The position numbers and the translations under genes are program-made. Of a DNA stretch of 64,000 nucleotides, positions 27,968-40,400 are shown in pieces. Position 1 is the stretch's first letter. Each line of letters begins with the position of its first letter. The notes under the pieces were generated by a model. The model saw nothing but the letters and a program-made list of their open reading frames with translations. It did not search any database and was not told the origin of the DNA. Source of the stretch: Phoronis australis (taxonomy: Eukaryota; Animalia; Phoronida); the NCBI GenBank assembly GCA_002633005.1, contig NMRA01000753.1, positions 102,894-166,893 of the forward strand, written 5' to 3'.

Positions 27968-28111
27968 GTAAAAATATATTACTTGATCTGTTTTAGAAAT
28001 AACTGGAGTTACTTTCCACCACACTGACATAACCACCTCATTTGTCGCATCATATTTCTCAAGCAATCCGAAGTGCGGTAAGAAGCAGGCGCGCGTGACC
28101 CACAATGATTT

Positions 28112-28417
28112 CACTGGCGGATTTGGGGGGGGGGCAAGGGGGCCATGGCACCCCTAAAATTCTCCCAGATACCATTTGGCAGTTCAGGGTGCGAATTCCC
28201 GACTGGCATATGCGCGCACCCAAGGGCCTCAGGGGGCGAATGCACGATGCATAGGTCTTGAACAAACCCGCTTACCGTTTTTTTAGTAATGAGGTCCACG
28301 AACCCAAAAATTCAAGACCCCTGCTTGCCTACAATTTAGGCTGGGCGCGCGCGTATGGCGAAATTCTGGTTATTCCTGTGCCCTGCCCCCCAACTCAAAA
28401 TCTTGGATCCGCCACTG
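28112..28417. mobile_element. MITE, CA..TG termini, poly-G/C subterminal tracts, imperfect 5-bp TSD
   Basis: cactggcggatt ... ggatccgccactg; flanks gattt/gactt (4/5). Confidence 0.8.
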
Positions 28418-28602
28418 GACTTGTCCTGAAAATTTTGACCACCTGGGAGAAGTATTGAAAACTGAAGACGTGAGGTGTTGTGTCTATATCGCCCAATAAT
28501 TCTTAACTTCCCTATTTGGACAATCACGCTATTCGTATGAATGTTTTCAGACACATTGTCACCACTAGCCTTGTAACACTTATTGTTCATTGTATTTTAC
28601 AG

Positions 28603-28673
28603 ACTTTCAGAAATGCAAAGAACTACAAGAAGTTCTCTATCTTGTCCTTGTCGCTGGGAATTTTCTCAATACG
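28603..28673 (+). CDS. INF2: Inverted formin FH2 exon
   Basis: tattttacag|AC...ACG|gtaag; (D)FQKCKELQEVLYLVLVAGNFLNT, FH2 GNxLN motif. Confidence 0.95.
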
Positions 28674-29120
28674 GTAAGAAACTAAAGTCTTACTTCCAGG
28701 TTCTAGTTAATGCATTTTTAATCACGAGTTGGCTATTCAGATCAACATTTGATTCCTGTTTTTCTTGTGAGACAAGAGTACTATAAATAACCGTGGTGCG
28801 AGTTTAAGTTAAAATGCCATGTCTCGTATGTCACGGAGAAAAAACCGGGGACAGGTTGCAACGATGCTCCTGATTTCCCGTTTACTAAAGACTGAATTAC
28901 ACCAGTTGCTCAAGTTGTTATTGGCACAACATGTTATGGCGCCAGTGCCACTGCCAGTGTGAACGCGAGTTGTTCAGCCATTTCACGTCGAATTTGTTCC
29001 GTGGCAAATGGCTACATTACGAACGCAACCGGAAGCAATCTGGGAACAACCTTTTCCGAAACTCAGTCTAATTTACACTGTTAAGAAAGACGGTAATGTT
29101 TACACTCACTGTGTTTATAG

Positions 29121-29228
29121 GGTGGCTACGCGGGAAACGCAGCTGGGTTCAAAGTGACGTCGCTTCTGAAGCTCACTGAGATTCGCGCCAACAAGCCAAG
29201 GATGAATCTGTTACATTACGTAGTCGCG
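29121..29228 (+). CDS. INF2: Inverted formin FH2 exon
   Basis: gtttatag|GGT...GCG|gtatgt; [43 protein letters not shown]1-type signature. Confidence 0.96.
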
Positions 29229-29499
29229 GTATGTTTAGAGTACGGTCTTCCCATCAATTTGAGTGTTGAAAAATGATAATGCGCCAAAAGGACCTTCTCC
29301 AGATTTTTTAAAAATATATGACAGCTAAGTCATAATGTCTTTATTGGAAAGTTGCAATTACATGACATCTTCCAGACCAGTGGAATAATGTTTTGCCTTG
29401 TAACCCGAGATTAGAAAACTATTATCTTACCACATTGATAACTTCCGTTTTGTAACTTATGCACCTGCATCTTTTGCATAACGTACCTGTTTGTTGCAG

Positions 29500-29570
29500 C
29501 AAGCTGAGCAAAAGGATCTTAACCTACTAAAGTTTCCTCAGCAACTACGGTACCTCAAGGATGCGTCTCA
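29500..29570 (+). CDS. INF2: Inverted formin FH2 exon
   Basis: tgttgcag|CAA...CA|gtaagt; QAEQKDLNLLKFPQQLRYLKDAS. Confidence 0.92.
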
Positions 29571-29697
29571 GTAAGTGAAAATTTAATCATTTTCGGGTTT
29601 ATGTTCTAGACTGCTATTAATTTAAAGTTTATTTAGACACAAAGCACCCCTATATTGGTATCACCAAATTTCTTGCTAAGTTAAAAGTGTACACCTA

Positions 29698-30049
29698 TAG
29701 TCGGTTGCATTAAAAAATCTCAATAGAAAATCATCTATCTTCCCTAAAGTTTCAGCGCATTTGTGGACTTTGTGCCAACATTAATTGACATTTCTTCCAC
29801 TACTATATTATCTTCATTGCTAAGTCAAATTTCATCTTTAATATACAAACAGACGAAATTCATAATACTATTGAAAATAAACAGGGACTTTTTTCACGCA
29901 AAGTCCCTTATTTTGAGATTGACCTCTTATCCATGTATGGACGAAGTCGTGGGCGATGTAACACTAATGAGTGAACTAAGTCCACAAATGCATTGAAAAT
30001 TTAGGGAACTTTTTTGAGTCCCTATTGAAACTGCTTCGTGTAACCGGGC
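29698..30049. mobile_element. Foldback MITE (PIF/Harbinger-like termini)
   Basis: tcggttgcattaaaaaatctcaatag...ttccctaaagtttcagcgcatttgtggactt mirrors reverse complement of aagtccacaaatgcattgaaaatttagggaac...ctattgaaactgcttcgtgtaaccgggc. Confidence 0.65.
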
Positions 30050-30625
30050 ATTGGGCTCAGAAACAACTTGTAATAGTTAGGCCCACGGCACTTCTCACAA
30101 CTGGGCTGCGTTTCAGGACAGTTTAGGTCTCAAGTTTGATTGTTGGCATGACGTAAACAGCCTTGTTCTACAAGCGCAACGTGACATATGATGGAATGCC
30201 ATCATTGTTATGTTGGTCTAAGTTAAGCCTAAAATAGTTTCATCAAAGGGAGCTGTTGATGCGTTATGCGTGCCAGCGAATGTCACCACATTTCAACCCA
30301 CAAAACAACACTGCATATTGTTTTGGGACATCACCGGGCTCGAGACTGGGCAGACTGAATCTTTGTCCAATGAAGATAGAGTTATTGTTGCGTGATCTGG
30401 CATATATCGTGCTTTTGAAACAAAAGCTAATCATCATTTTCTTGTCTTAATTGAAAGCTTCATTTTCAGTGTGCTCCCGATAATTTTATCTTTGGTTATG
30501 TAACCGGTGGTAATTTAAATTATTATAAGTAAAACGAACTCGAAAACTCAGCAATTTTTTGTTCAAGAACCGGTATTTACTTTAATGGTTCAATAATGTA
30601 CTAAAACGATTCCTTTTTACTTCAG

Positions 30626-30746
30626 ATGTCAAATGGAGGCATTAAAGGCAGACATTGGCGAGCTACGCGACAAAGTCTATGGCATCTCCTCGAAGCTTGA
30701 TGAAGTTGAAGACGACTTCAAAGAACAAATAACAGAATTCTTGGAG
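30626..30746 (+). CDS. INF2: Inverted formin FH2 exon
   Basis: tttacttcag|A...GAG|gtatgc; CQMEALKADIGELRDKVYGISSKLDEVEDDFKEQITEFLE. Confidence 0.92.
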
Positions 30747-31095
30747 GTATGCAAGTCATCGCTTAGGATAGTTTACGTACCTTAAACTATTTTTAAAACT
30801 CCAAGTTTGCTCCTAACCTATTTGCAGTGAAATGGCATGTGTCGAGTGTGACAGCTGCGTTCCGCACAATAATTCGATTTAGGCTACCTGTTTATTCATG
30901 ACAGGGCCTAGGGTCTTACCTACGAACTGAGATTCAGGCTCAAAACTTAACCACTCACGCAACACGATTCGAGTACAAATGAAGTTAATCGTGAGTTAAC
31001 TCGAAGCATGTCATGCAATTGGTAATTTTCGAGTCGAGCTCTGAGATAGTAATCCCTGGAGCCAGACAAGAATTAACTGTGCTTGTGTATTTTAG

Positions 31096-31360
31096 GATGC
31101 CAAAGACGACATTTTTCAACTGGAAGAGGACCTTGACGAGATCAAACAACTTGAGAAAGACCTTGCAGACTTCTTTTGCGAAGATAAGGCAACTTTTAAA
31201 ATCGAAGAGTGCTTTAAAATCTTCCAAATATTCTGTGAGAGATTTAAAAAAGCTGTGGACGAGAACAGACAACGCCGGGTCAATGAGGAAAAGGCTAAAG
31301 CGCGCCGTAAACAACTGGAGCTAGAAAAGGATCAACAGAAACAGAAACTATCGCACAATG
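31096..31360 (+). CDS. INF2: Inverted formin exon, end of FH2
   Basis: tattttag|GAT...G|gtaagc; LADFFCED...EECFKIFQIFCERFKKAVDENRQRR. Confidence 0.95.
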
Positions 31361-31629
31361 GTAAGCAGTGTTGACGCAATGCTTTTCTTAGTTCTTACTC
31401 GACACTGTAACTAATGTGGCTATCTTCCGTTAATTGAACAGTAATCGCCTCTTGCGTCGCGTGACCGTGACATTGATCAGTCACTTTAATGTGATAGGGA
31501 GTTCGTGTTAGTGGCACCCAAACTCATAGAACATCTTTTAGTAACGAAATCAGAACTTTCGTGAGCTTATTCTGTCTACCGACAGTTTGTTACTTGAAAT
31601 AATTGGCACTCACTACCTCTTTGTTTCAG

Positions 31630-34600
31630 ATTCTGAAACCAACGAGCGACCGCATTCGGATCACAGCAGACAAAGTAGTGCCTCTTCTGAGGACGAGACA
31701 TGTACTTTTGAAGGTTTAATTGGTGACATTCGTAGTGGTTTTATTCGCAAAAAGTCTCTGGGTGAAACTCCGTTCTCTGTAACTAAAGTAACTCCGGTCA
31801 GCCTCGGACTCGATTTTGCTTCCGGTTTGTTAGTGGGCAATGGCGATGTGTCGTCCTTTCCTGTTAAATCACCGGAGGTAGCGACAACTGCGGAAGCCAA
31901 ATCGCCGTTTGGCAGCATGAAAGTAAGCAAAAATTCGGCACTTGCAAAACGATTGAATTCTATTCAAGAAGCAACTGACGTTAAGTCGGCATCAGATTCA
32001 GAGAGCCCTGCAAGTACACAAGTCACAATGCGAAAGTCGGAAACAGAATCCACTCCAACGAGACGAGTGCGGAGCGCTGACAGTGCCATGATGAAAGAAG
32101 ATGGACTTGTTGATTTTTTGCTGCACACTGCACAAGAGGAATCGGAAAGAGAGAGGCAATTTAAATTTGAGAGGCATGGTAGCCTACGCCGGCGTAAGTC
32201 AGAATATAAGAAGGGTGGTAAATTTCCAATATCTTCGTTGGCGATATCAGAGAGGGAACGGGCACCTTCTCCAATTACTTGTGCTCCTTCTCCAAATGCT
32301 CGGTCAATAGAAAGAGAAACCTCGGCGCCAGCCCTTAGCGCACGTGAATCAGTTACACCATTCCAAAAGCGTCGTTCGAATAGTGAGATAGTTAAATCTG
32401 ATATTGACAAAGCTTTGAGAGAACACGAAATTAAAGCTTTCGAGCATGAAAAAATTGTTGCAGAAGAAAGCAAATCGCCTTCTACTCCTGAGCTGGAAAG
32501 ACGGAGAACGCTAACCAAGGCCGAAATTCGTGAAAAGCGAACAAAACAAGAGCGACGCAGCAGAACTGATTTAAAGTTGACTGATGTGGAAAGTGCTCTA
32601 AATATCTCCTCTTCGGGCCCTAAGCCTGTTGTTACTCCTAACGTCGAACACAAGCAGAAAGATTTGGAGCAAATAAACAATGCGAAAAACAAAGAAACAC
32701 CACAAATAGTAGTTACTCCAGAAATTGGACCTGATTTGGATGAGATTACATTAGCTGCCAGTAAAGCAGCCACTGAAAAACGCGCTGGGCGATCAAGAAG
32801 TGCCAGTCATTTGGGATCTACAGAGACAATAACTCAGGCAGTGCAGTCTCACGAGGATTCCGGCGATGCAGCGCCGAAATATGAACAGGCATTACAAACA
32901 AAACGAGATCGGTTCAGAAGAAGATATGCCAGTGAAATTAGTTCTAGCGACGTTGATGCTGTGATACGTAAACTGAGTGGAGGAAGCTCTCGTTCCAACA
33001 TCGATGAAGTTGTGCGAGATATTGAAAAGACGGGTGAAGAGATACAAAAACTTGGAGTGCCAAATGAAAAGCACGAAGGGACGAAGAAAGCTGAATTGAC
33101 CGTGTCTGAAGGTGCTGAGGAGGAAACTCAAAAGCACAAAGACGCGACAATTGTTGAAGAAAAATCTAAGGATAGTAAGTGGGCCTACAAAGTGAACCGA
33201 GATATCAGGTCACGTGTTGGGCGCTCGAGATCAGCACTTAGTTCCGCAGAAGTAACCACAGCCTTAGAAAAACACCAGAGCAAATTTCCAACGATTAAGG
33301 AAAGTCCTGATAAAAAGGAGCAAACCTCTCCAGCTACAAAATTGACAGAGTCTGGGACAAAACGCGTCTCCTCGTGGCGACAAAAAGTTTACGGAGACTC
33401 TGATCCAACAGCATCTCTTACTGAGAAGGCTCTTCTTAATCATTCATCACGCAAATGGAAACAAGACGAACCTGTTGTGGAGAGAGCTTCAGATAAATAC
33501 AAGAAAGCAATCTCAAATAGCTCTAACAATGGAATCTCATCAACTAAGAACAACCGTCTTAGCACTTACGATAATATCCCATCCACAAACTCTTCCAAAC
33601 TTTCATCTATTAAATCAAAATTCGAGACAAAGCCCGAAGTAAATCCCGATTTTACAGAAACTTGTAGCGTGGCCAGCCCAGCAACGACCACAACAACGAC
33701 AACAACCAGCAATAAAACTGATTCTTGGCGAAACAGGATGAGTAAATATGACAACATAGAAAACGAAACGTCGTCTAACAAAATGAATATGAAGAGAAGT
33801 AGGAGCTCTCTTGATCCTCGTGAAATTGGCGCCGCTCTAAAAGCGTACGAAGCTCAAACTAACAGCGGTTTGTTTGTTCCTTTGACCTCTCTTCGAAAGC
33901 GGCACGAACTCGACATTGCAGAAGAAACTCCAATTACTACAGCGCAAACAAGTCGAATAGGTTCCAGAATTTCAAACAGATTAAAAAGTTTGTACAGCAG
34001 CGATGAAGATGATTTTATATTCCCAAAAACGGCCGTCGATCAAAACCAAAATTCAAAGCTTTCCAGCATCGATGGTAGGCCTGACTCAATCAGCAGTGAA
34101 AAGGACGAAGGTTTCGAGACACAATCGGGCACGTTGTCAGAGAGGACATCGATGGGCAGCACTCTTGATTCGGAACTTCCAGCTGATTTCGTGCGCAAGC
34201 AAGGCCTCAATCATAGCAATGATTCCGATTTTACTGGTAGTGCTGAGACGCTAAAACCTGACCAGGCGACTTGGGATACCCTATCGTCAGAGTCAGTGAA
34301 GATCAACGAAACAGCCGAGGACGAGGGTTGGGTCGAGTTTGAGACGTTTGAGGAAACTGAAACGATAGACTTAACAGATATACCACAGACGGTCCGCATG
34401 AATATGTTGCTGGAGCAATCTTTATTAAAACAGTCAGGAGATACGGTCAAGAATGTTGAGAATGAAGTTAGTGACAAGGAATCAAATAAGAAACCTGCTT
34501 CCTTGACAGCGACGGACAAGAAAGGGAAGGTAGCCCCAGTGGCGACCACTAACCAAACAGCGTCAAAAGCTAATGGTCGAGCAATTGCTATTACGGGTAT

Positions 34601-35378
34601 GCGAAAGAAAGCAAGTGATTTAAATAAAAGCACGGATGCTATAAGACCCGACAGTAGTCGTGCTAGGAAGACATCGACAATAAAATCTACACCAGTGACA
34701 ACCGTTCGTTCGCGCTCTTCAACAAAAAGTTCTCTCGGGTCAAACTCCAGTTTGACGTCTGTAGGTAGTAGTGGGGGAGAAGGCACTCCCCGAACCACGC
34801 GTACTGTTGGGAACAGAAATTTCAGATCCTCAACTGTATCTTCAAATAAGGCATCTAGCCCGAGAACGTCAGCGCCAGCAAGTTCTCGAACGCCACATAA
34901 TTCCATTCCTTCGCGCACGTCGAACACTGTATCCAGAAATATCACATTGACAGCAGAAAATAAGACGAACAACAAAAAATCTACTCCAGTTACGAAAGAT
35001 AGGAAGCCTCCCATAGCGACAGTTCACAAAGGGTTGACACACACAACCTCCGCTAACAGTGGCACCTCACCAAAACTTCCTTGCCCTACAAACGCTAAGC
35101 CCACCGACACATCAAAACCACCTCACTCTGCAAACGCTAAGCCTACCGACACTTCAAAATCGAGCAAGCCTCCGACTAACCACACGAAAGACACGGAGTC
35201 AGAGAGTCATCAACTCAAATCGTCAACTAATGTTTTTAATAGACTCTCGGCAGCAAGAACATCCATGCGAACGGCCGACAAATCTGCTGTGCGGAAATCA
35301 CCACTCAATAAAGGTGATGTTACCAAGGTATCACCTGATAGGAAGAAAACCACAATTAGGAAGCCTGCTTTTGTGTAG
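31630..35378 (+). CDS. INF2: Inverted formin terminal exon: WH2/DAD (31701-31760) followed by ~1200-aa low-complexity tail; stop TAG
   Basis: ttgtttcag|AT TCT; 3749-bp open frame; CTFEGLIGDIRSGFIRKKSL resembles INF2 WH2/DAD (CVIDALLADIRKGFQLRKT); the 12 exons sum to 5820 nt = 1940 codons including stop. Confidence 0.93.
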
Positions 35379-37851
35379 AAAACAACTATGTCATAAGGCG
35401 ATGTCACAAACTCTGACAAAATTGCTTAAGCAATTGCATAGCGTTGTGTAATCGACTTGCCGCATTTAAACGTAATAACGATATTTCATGGACACATATT
35501 AATATGCTTCCTGAAAACCATCTGCATCATTTTATTTATACATTGCAGCTAGAAGTATGTGATACATCAACAGGTTTCATTCTTCTGGTTTGACAGGCCT
35601 CGTTAGGACCAAACTGTTTTAAAATTTCTGATGACTGAAAAGTGTACGTGTACACCAGGGGTTTGTTTCACACTTAAGACAGAAATTTGGTTTTGCGGTT
35701 GCACTTAACAATTGCTGAAAAACGTTTTCACCAAGTAATTATGAATGCGACACTGCGTCTATAAATAATGTGTAGATCATAGTGTGTAATATGTTCTCAG
35801 AGACTGCACTTTCGCTCAAGTGAGATTTATTTTTTTTTTAAATAACTGTGTGGGCGTAAGACCAAATTTCAATCTTAAGTCACTTTTGACAAAAAAGACC
35901 CTATGTGACTTCCATTGATGGTATTCTCGTGATTCAGACAGTGTCTAGTTTTTTGCTTCTCACATGGCATGTTAGTGATGCAGGTGAAACTAAAGGTAAC
36001 AAGGTGTTACTTGTTAATCTTAACTTCCAGATGTCGTGTTCAAGCATGGCATGAAAGCAGACAACTAGACACTATAGGCAGCGTATGCAGTGGGCACGGA
36101 ATGCTTTATTTACTAAGTCTATTTATACCACATATAAAACTTTATCTATTAGATGATTGTGCCGTGTATTGAGTTAATTTCATTTTAAACTTCTTCGAAA
36201 CAATTTAGTGTATGATTGGTATAGGGGTCGACTAAGTATTTGTAGGCTACAACAAGTAAGTATGCTGTTGACGTCATTTATAGGCTACACTGCTGAAACA
36301 CGTCCTATGTTGTCATGCGGTATCTTTGACATAACTGCGTATGAATTTATTCGTTTTCATTTTATATATGTCTCACAGTGCATGGATGTAGATATTAAGC
36401 AGGGAAAATGGCTGCTAATGTTTTATGCGACTGGTTTCTGTTTTAGTTGCAAAATGTATTTTATTTGTTTTGAGTTGTTTCGTTAACGAATTTTATATTA
36501 CATTGCTTTTAAAGTTATATAATTTTGTAAAATATATTAATGTATCAAGCGAATATTTATTTACTTCATTCTGAACTTGTCCTTCGAAAGCAATTTCTAA
36601 AAACAAGTCTACATATACATAAAGTTATGTACTACGTTAAAGTTTGTCGGAGACAAATTCACCGATTGTCTCACATAACGGAGGTGTGCCTACTTTTTAG
36701 ATGGAAATATTGTAAGATAATTGTTGTATGGTTCTAAACAACATATAATGTGGAGACTGTGTCAATCCTTTTTAATAATACGTACATGTAAGAGATTAGC
36801 AGGCGTGCAATATACGTAGAGCGACATGCCTCCCACCTGTAGGTTCCTGCAGGCCATGTACCCTAGCCCACTGGCGGCGTGATATAAAATCATTTCTGTG
36901 GCAATTTTTGGGAACAAGTTTTTTGATGTAACAGATCATTTTACATTATGGATAAGTAAAAAGTCCCGGCCAACTAACACATTTCCAGAGAAGTAGATTT
37001 TATAAAAATAACCTATTAAACCAACAAAAAAATAGTTTCCTTGATTAAAGATTGCTACCGGAAAAAGGCAGAAATTTCAGAGTATGGGTGCCGCATAGTT
37101 GTTGTAGTAAACATAGTCAGTCCTGAACCTTTGGTGCCGTTTAGTGTAATTGCGTCCTTCAGTCAAAATTCAGGTCGCAATGACATTTACAAATGTGAGC
37201 TAAACTAATTATTCCAACCGCATATGCAAAGTTTTGCAGAAAGGTTTTCTGATTCATAAAATGGGTAATTGTTTGCCTTTGAAATATATTGTAGACAGAT
37301 CATAACATTGGCTGCATTCACTTAGAAATATAGCAAACTCGTTTCTTCACAAACTAAAAGTCAGTAATAGTGATACACACAGAGCACGTGTCACCGTGAA
37401 CAAGACATTGGAGCATATTTCGACTTAGGTTGCTATAGAAGCTGGGCGTCGGAAAACGACAATATTAATGTGACACAGACAGACACTGTTATTTGAAATA
37501 CCTGTTGCATAGTTGTCAAAAATAGAAAATGAGAATATGGGTCAACTGGTTGAAAGATGGGATATCCAGTTAAAAAGAAGAACTTCTGCGTCAATGTGAA
37601 AGCGCAAACACGTTCTTCGCAATGCACAAAAACATTTCGATAGCGTTCTTGTCGAACGGGAGGTTACGGGTGCCGTAAAACAAAGAAGCACCTGACGGCG
37701 TATTTTGATTTTTAGTCGCCAGGGAAATAGGGCTGTGTCGCATGGGAAATCAAATATATATAAAGATATGCCAAAAAGCGGGGCATTTTGACAGTGTTGC
37801 GGGATTACGGAAAATTTTGAAGTTTTTACGGGGTGAACACCATATGATGCG

Positions 37852-38294
37852 CAAACGAACTTAATGAGGTCCGCAGGAAGCTAAACATTATTGCAGGCTC
37901 ACAAACGAATAATCAGGTCCGCAGGAAGCTAAACATTATTGCAAACTCACAAACGAATAATCAGGTCCGCAGGAAGCTAAACATTATTGCAAGCTCACAA
38001 ACGAATAATGAGGTCCGCAGGAAGCTAAACATTATTGCAAGCTCACAAACGAATAATGAGGTCCGCAGGAAGCTAAACATTATTGGAAGATCACAAACGA
38101 ATAATGAGGTCCGCAGGAAGCTAAACATTATTGGAAGATCACAAACGAATAATGAGGTCCGCAGGAAGCTAAACATTATTGGAAGCTCACAAACGAATAA
38201 TGAGGTCCACAGGAAGCTAAACATTGTTGGAAGCTCACAAACGAATAATGACTGAGGTCCACAGGAAGCTAAACATTATTGGAAGCTCACAAAC
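37852..38294. repeat. 48-bp minisatellite x ~9, between formin and PGAP2
   Basis: cacaaacgaataatgaggtccgcaggaagctaaacattattggaagct units; 16-aa periodicity in ORF track. Confidence 0.95.
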
Positions 38295-39660
38295 CAATTC
38301 GACTTCGCCAAATTTTTACCTCCCCGGCTCCTTTCACTCCCCCCTCCACATTCTCCGGATGTCGCCAATTTTCTACAGACACCCTCGCCCGTCACAGTGT
38401 GTGTGTGTGGGGGGGGGGGGACAAAACCCGGGATGGCATCCGTCAGAACGTGAAGACACAAGTCGCAACAAAAGTTCACGGAAAATGAAAATGAGGTCTA
38501 AGACCACAGAGACGGAAAGCTGGGAACTGTGCTGTCAGACTCAAGCTGAGAACAATACCGCGCTGTGAGCTGACAGCCTACACCAACTGAAACTGTGACG
38601 AGTTGGGTGAACTATGCTAGCCGCTGGACACCTCAGCTATAGTTCACTCGGTACAGGCAGCTCAGCTCGTACTAGAGAACAGAATACGATTAATTATTAT
38701 AGTTACCCGGCGAAGGCATGCTCGCAGATTCCGGTGGAGCATCTCACCGGGTTTGGGGGTCACCCAGGAATCGTGTTAACATTTATTTTTGTTCATTTCA
38801 GGGTAGGTATGAGTTTAATTTAAATTCAAAAATCGCTCTGTTCACGTCATCAAAAATCTGTCACTTCCACGTGTATGATTTTCTTTAAAAAACTCTTGTT
38901 AAGTAGGATCTTCAAAAGGAATACTATTCTCATGTTACTATGGCAAAAAGTATCAAAATTTTATCGTTAAAAATCGGAATTATCTCCTTTATGTAATTCT
39001 CAAATTCTGGTCTTCAAGCCGGCTTCCACCCTTTCGATGGCGGTCTTTCCAATGGCCTTCAATGCAATCATTTCGTCTGCTTGGGCCGAATGTCTTGCTG
39101 CGATGCTTTAATTACACGAAGTCGTTAAGTTTTGTGTTTTTTTCTTGTGAATTTGGAATCTCATCTTCTTCCATGCGTAAATATTTGACTGTGCTGGATT
39201 TATAGAGGGCAAAGGAACAATTGCCCAGGGCCGTCCCTCCGGGAGAGAGTCCCGTCTGGAAGGAATTGAGCAGCAATAGCCTACTATCTACCAAGTTCTC
39301 AATTTTTTTAAGTCATACAGTTACGAGAAAAAAACGAAAAAAGAGGGACAGATGTCTCCATTATCCCTTTTCCAGAGAGATGTTCTTGGAAAAAATTATG
39401 ATATGAATCCTTCAAATATCTTCTCCATCATGAATTTAAACAAATACACAAGCAAATAGCGCCTACCATTAGCCTCGCAAATACTAACTTTCGAAAAATA
39501 GGTAAACTTTTCATGAACTGCAGAGCAACTCATAAGGTCAAATGCCATTTCTTTTCAGAAAATACTGTAACAGAATTTTAAACACCCATAAATGTCTTGT
39601 TGAAATTTAACGTAGTCTAACTTAATTTTTCAACCAATCCCTACAGTTCTATACATGTAT

Positions 39661-39742
39661 CTGTCAGCGCTATGACACTTTATAGATGGCGCTGGGACAG
39701 AAAGTAGTTCCCATTCAATCCCTATAGGTAGCGCTGTGACAG
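39661..39742. promoter_or_regulatory. Putative PGAP2 proximal promoter with duplicated TA(G)ATGGCGCTG-like motif
   Basis: tatagatggcgctgggacag and tataggtagcgctgtgacag direct repeats plus inverted ctgtcagcgcta, ~100-180 bp upstream of ATG. Confidence 0.4.
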
Positions 39743-39844
39743 AAGAAATCGGAAACTTGGAACTTGCAAATCCATAGGCATCGGTTTTAGAGTTTACGAT
39801 GGATGTTTTATCACTTTGAACATATGCTAGTACAGATAGAAGCG

Positions 39845-40006
39845 ATGGAGGCGAATCTCGAAAAGAAAGACCACAAAGTTCTGTTTAAGATATCCTCTCG
39901 ACATTTTGGTTATCCCGTTTGGATGTTACCCACCTTTGCATTCGTGTCCTGCGTTGTGTTGTCTCTTGTCTACGACTTCGACGCGTCCACTTCCACGCAT
40001 TGTCAT
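39845..40006 (+). CDS. PGAP2: PGAP2 (post-GPI attachment to proteins 2; Frag1/DRAM/Sfk1 family) coding exon 1
   Basis: ATG (in-frame upstream ATGs at 39803 and 39824 possible) MEANLEKK...LPTFAFVSCVVLSLVYDFDASTSTHCH|gtaagc; joins to VPNYLPSISSAIG, the PGAP2 THCxVPNYLPSxS signature. Confidence 0.9.
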
Positions 40007-40400
40007 GTAAGCTTTTTGAACTAAAGTGACTCGTTATTACAAAGGAAAACGAACTCTTCTTGTTCTTGTGGATTGAACTTGAGTTAGTTATGCACGTCTC
40101 CTTTATTCCTAGGCAGTCCACAGGTGATACAATAGCGTGATATCCTGTAGTGCTAGGGTCGAGAGTCTGAGCAAGCTAGTATAGTGTATGATAGGCAACA
40201 CGTAGCCCCTCGGTTGGCCAGTTAGGGGCCACAACACTTCCCATCCCCGTGTATTTTAAGTGGGTGGTAGGCCAAATCCGGTCACCCCTATTGAGAGTCT
40301 TCACCTCGTCAAAAATACATTCTACATTTAAAACTTCAAAAAGCACTTACTTTCTTCAGTGATCCTTTCTACTTCTACACATATCTTCGATGAAGTATAG

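Noticed and set aside
31661-35419. Long minus-strand ORFs (269 aa, 267 aa and others)
   Set aside because: Antisense shadows of the formin terminal exon
37852-38294. 48-bp array giving a repetitive 87-aa ORF
   Set aside because: ORF arises because the unit length is divisible by 3; no spacers, splice context or homology
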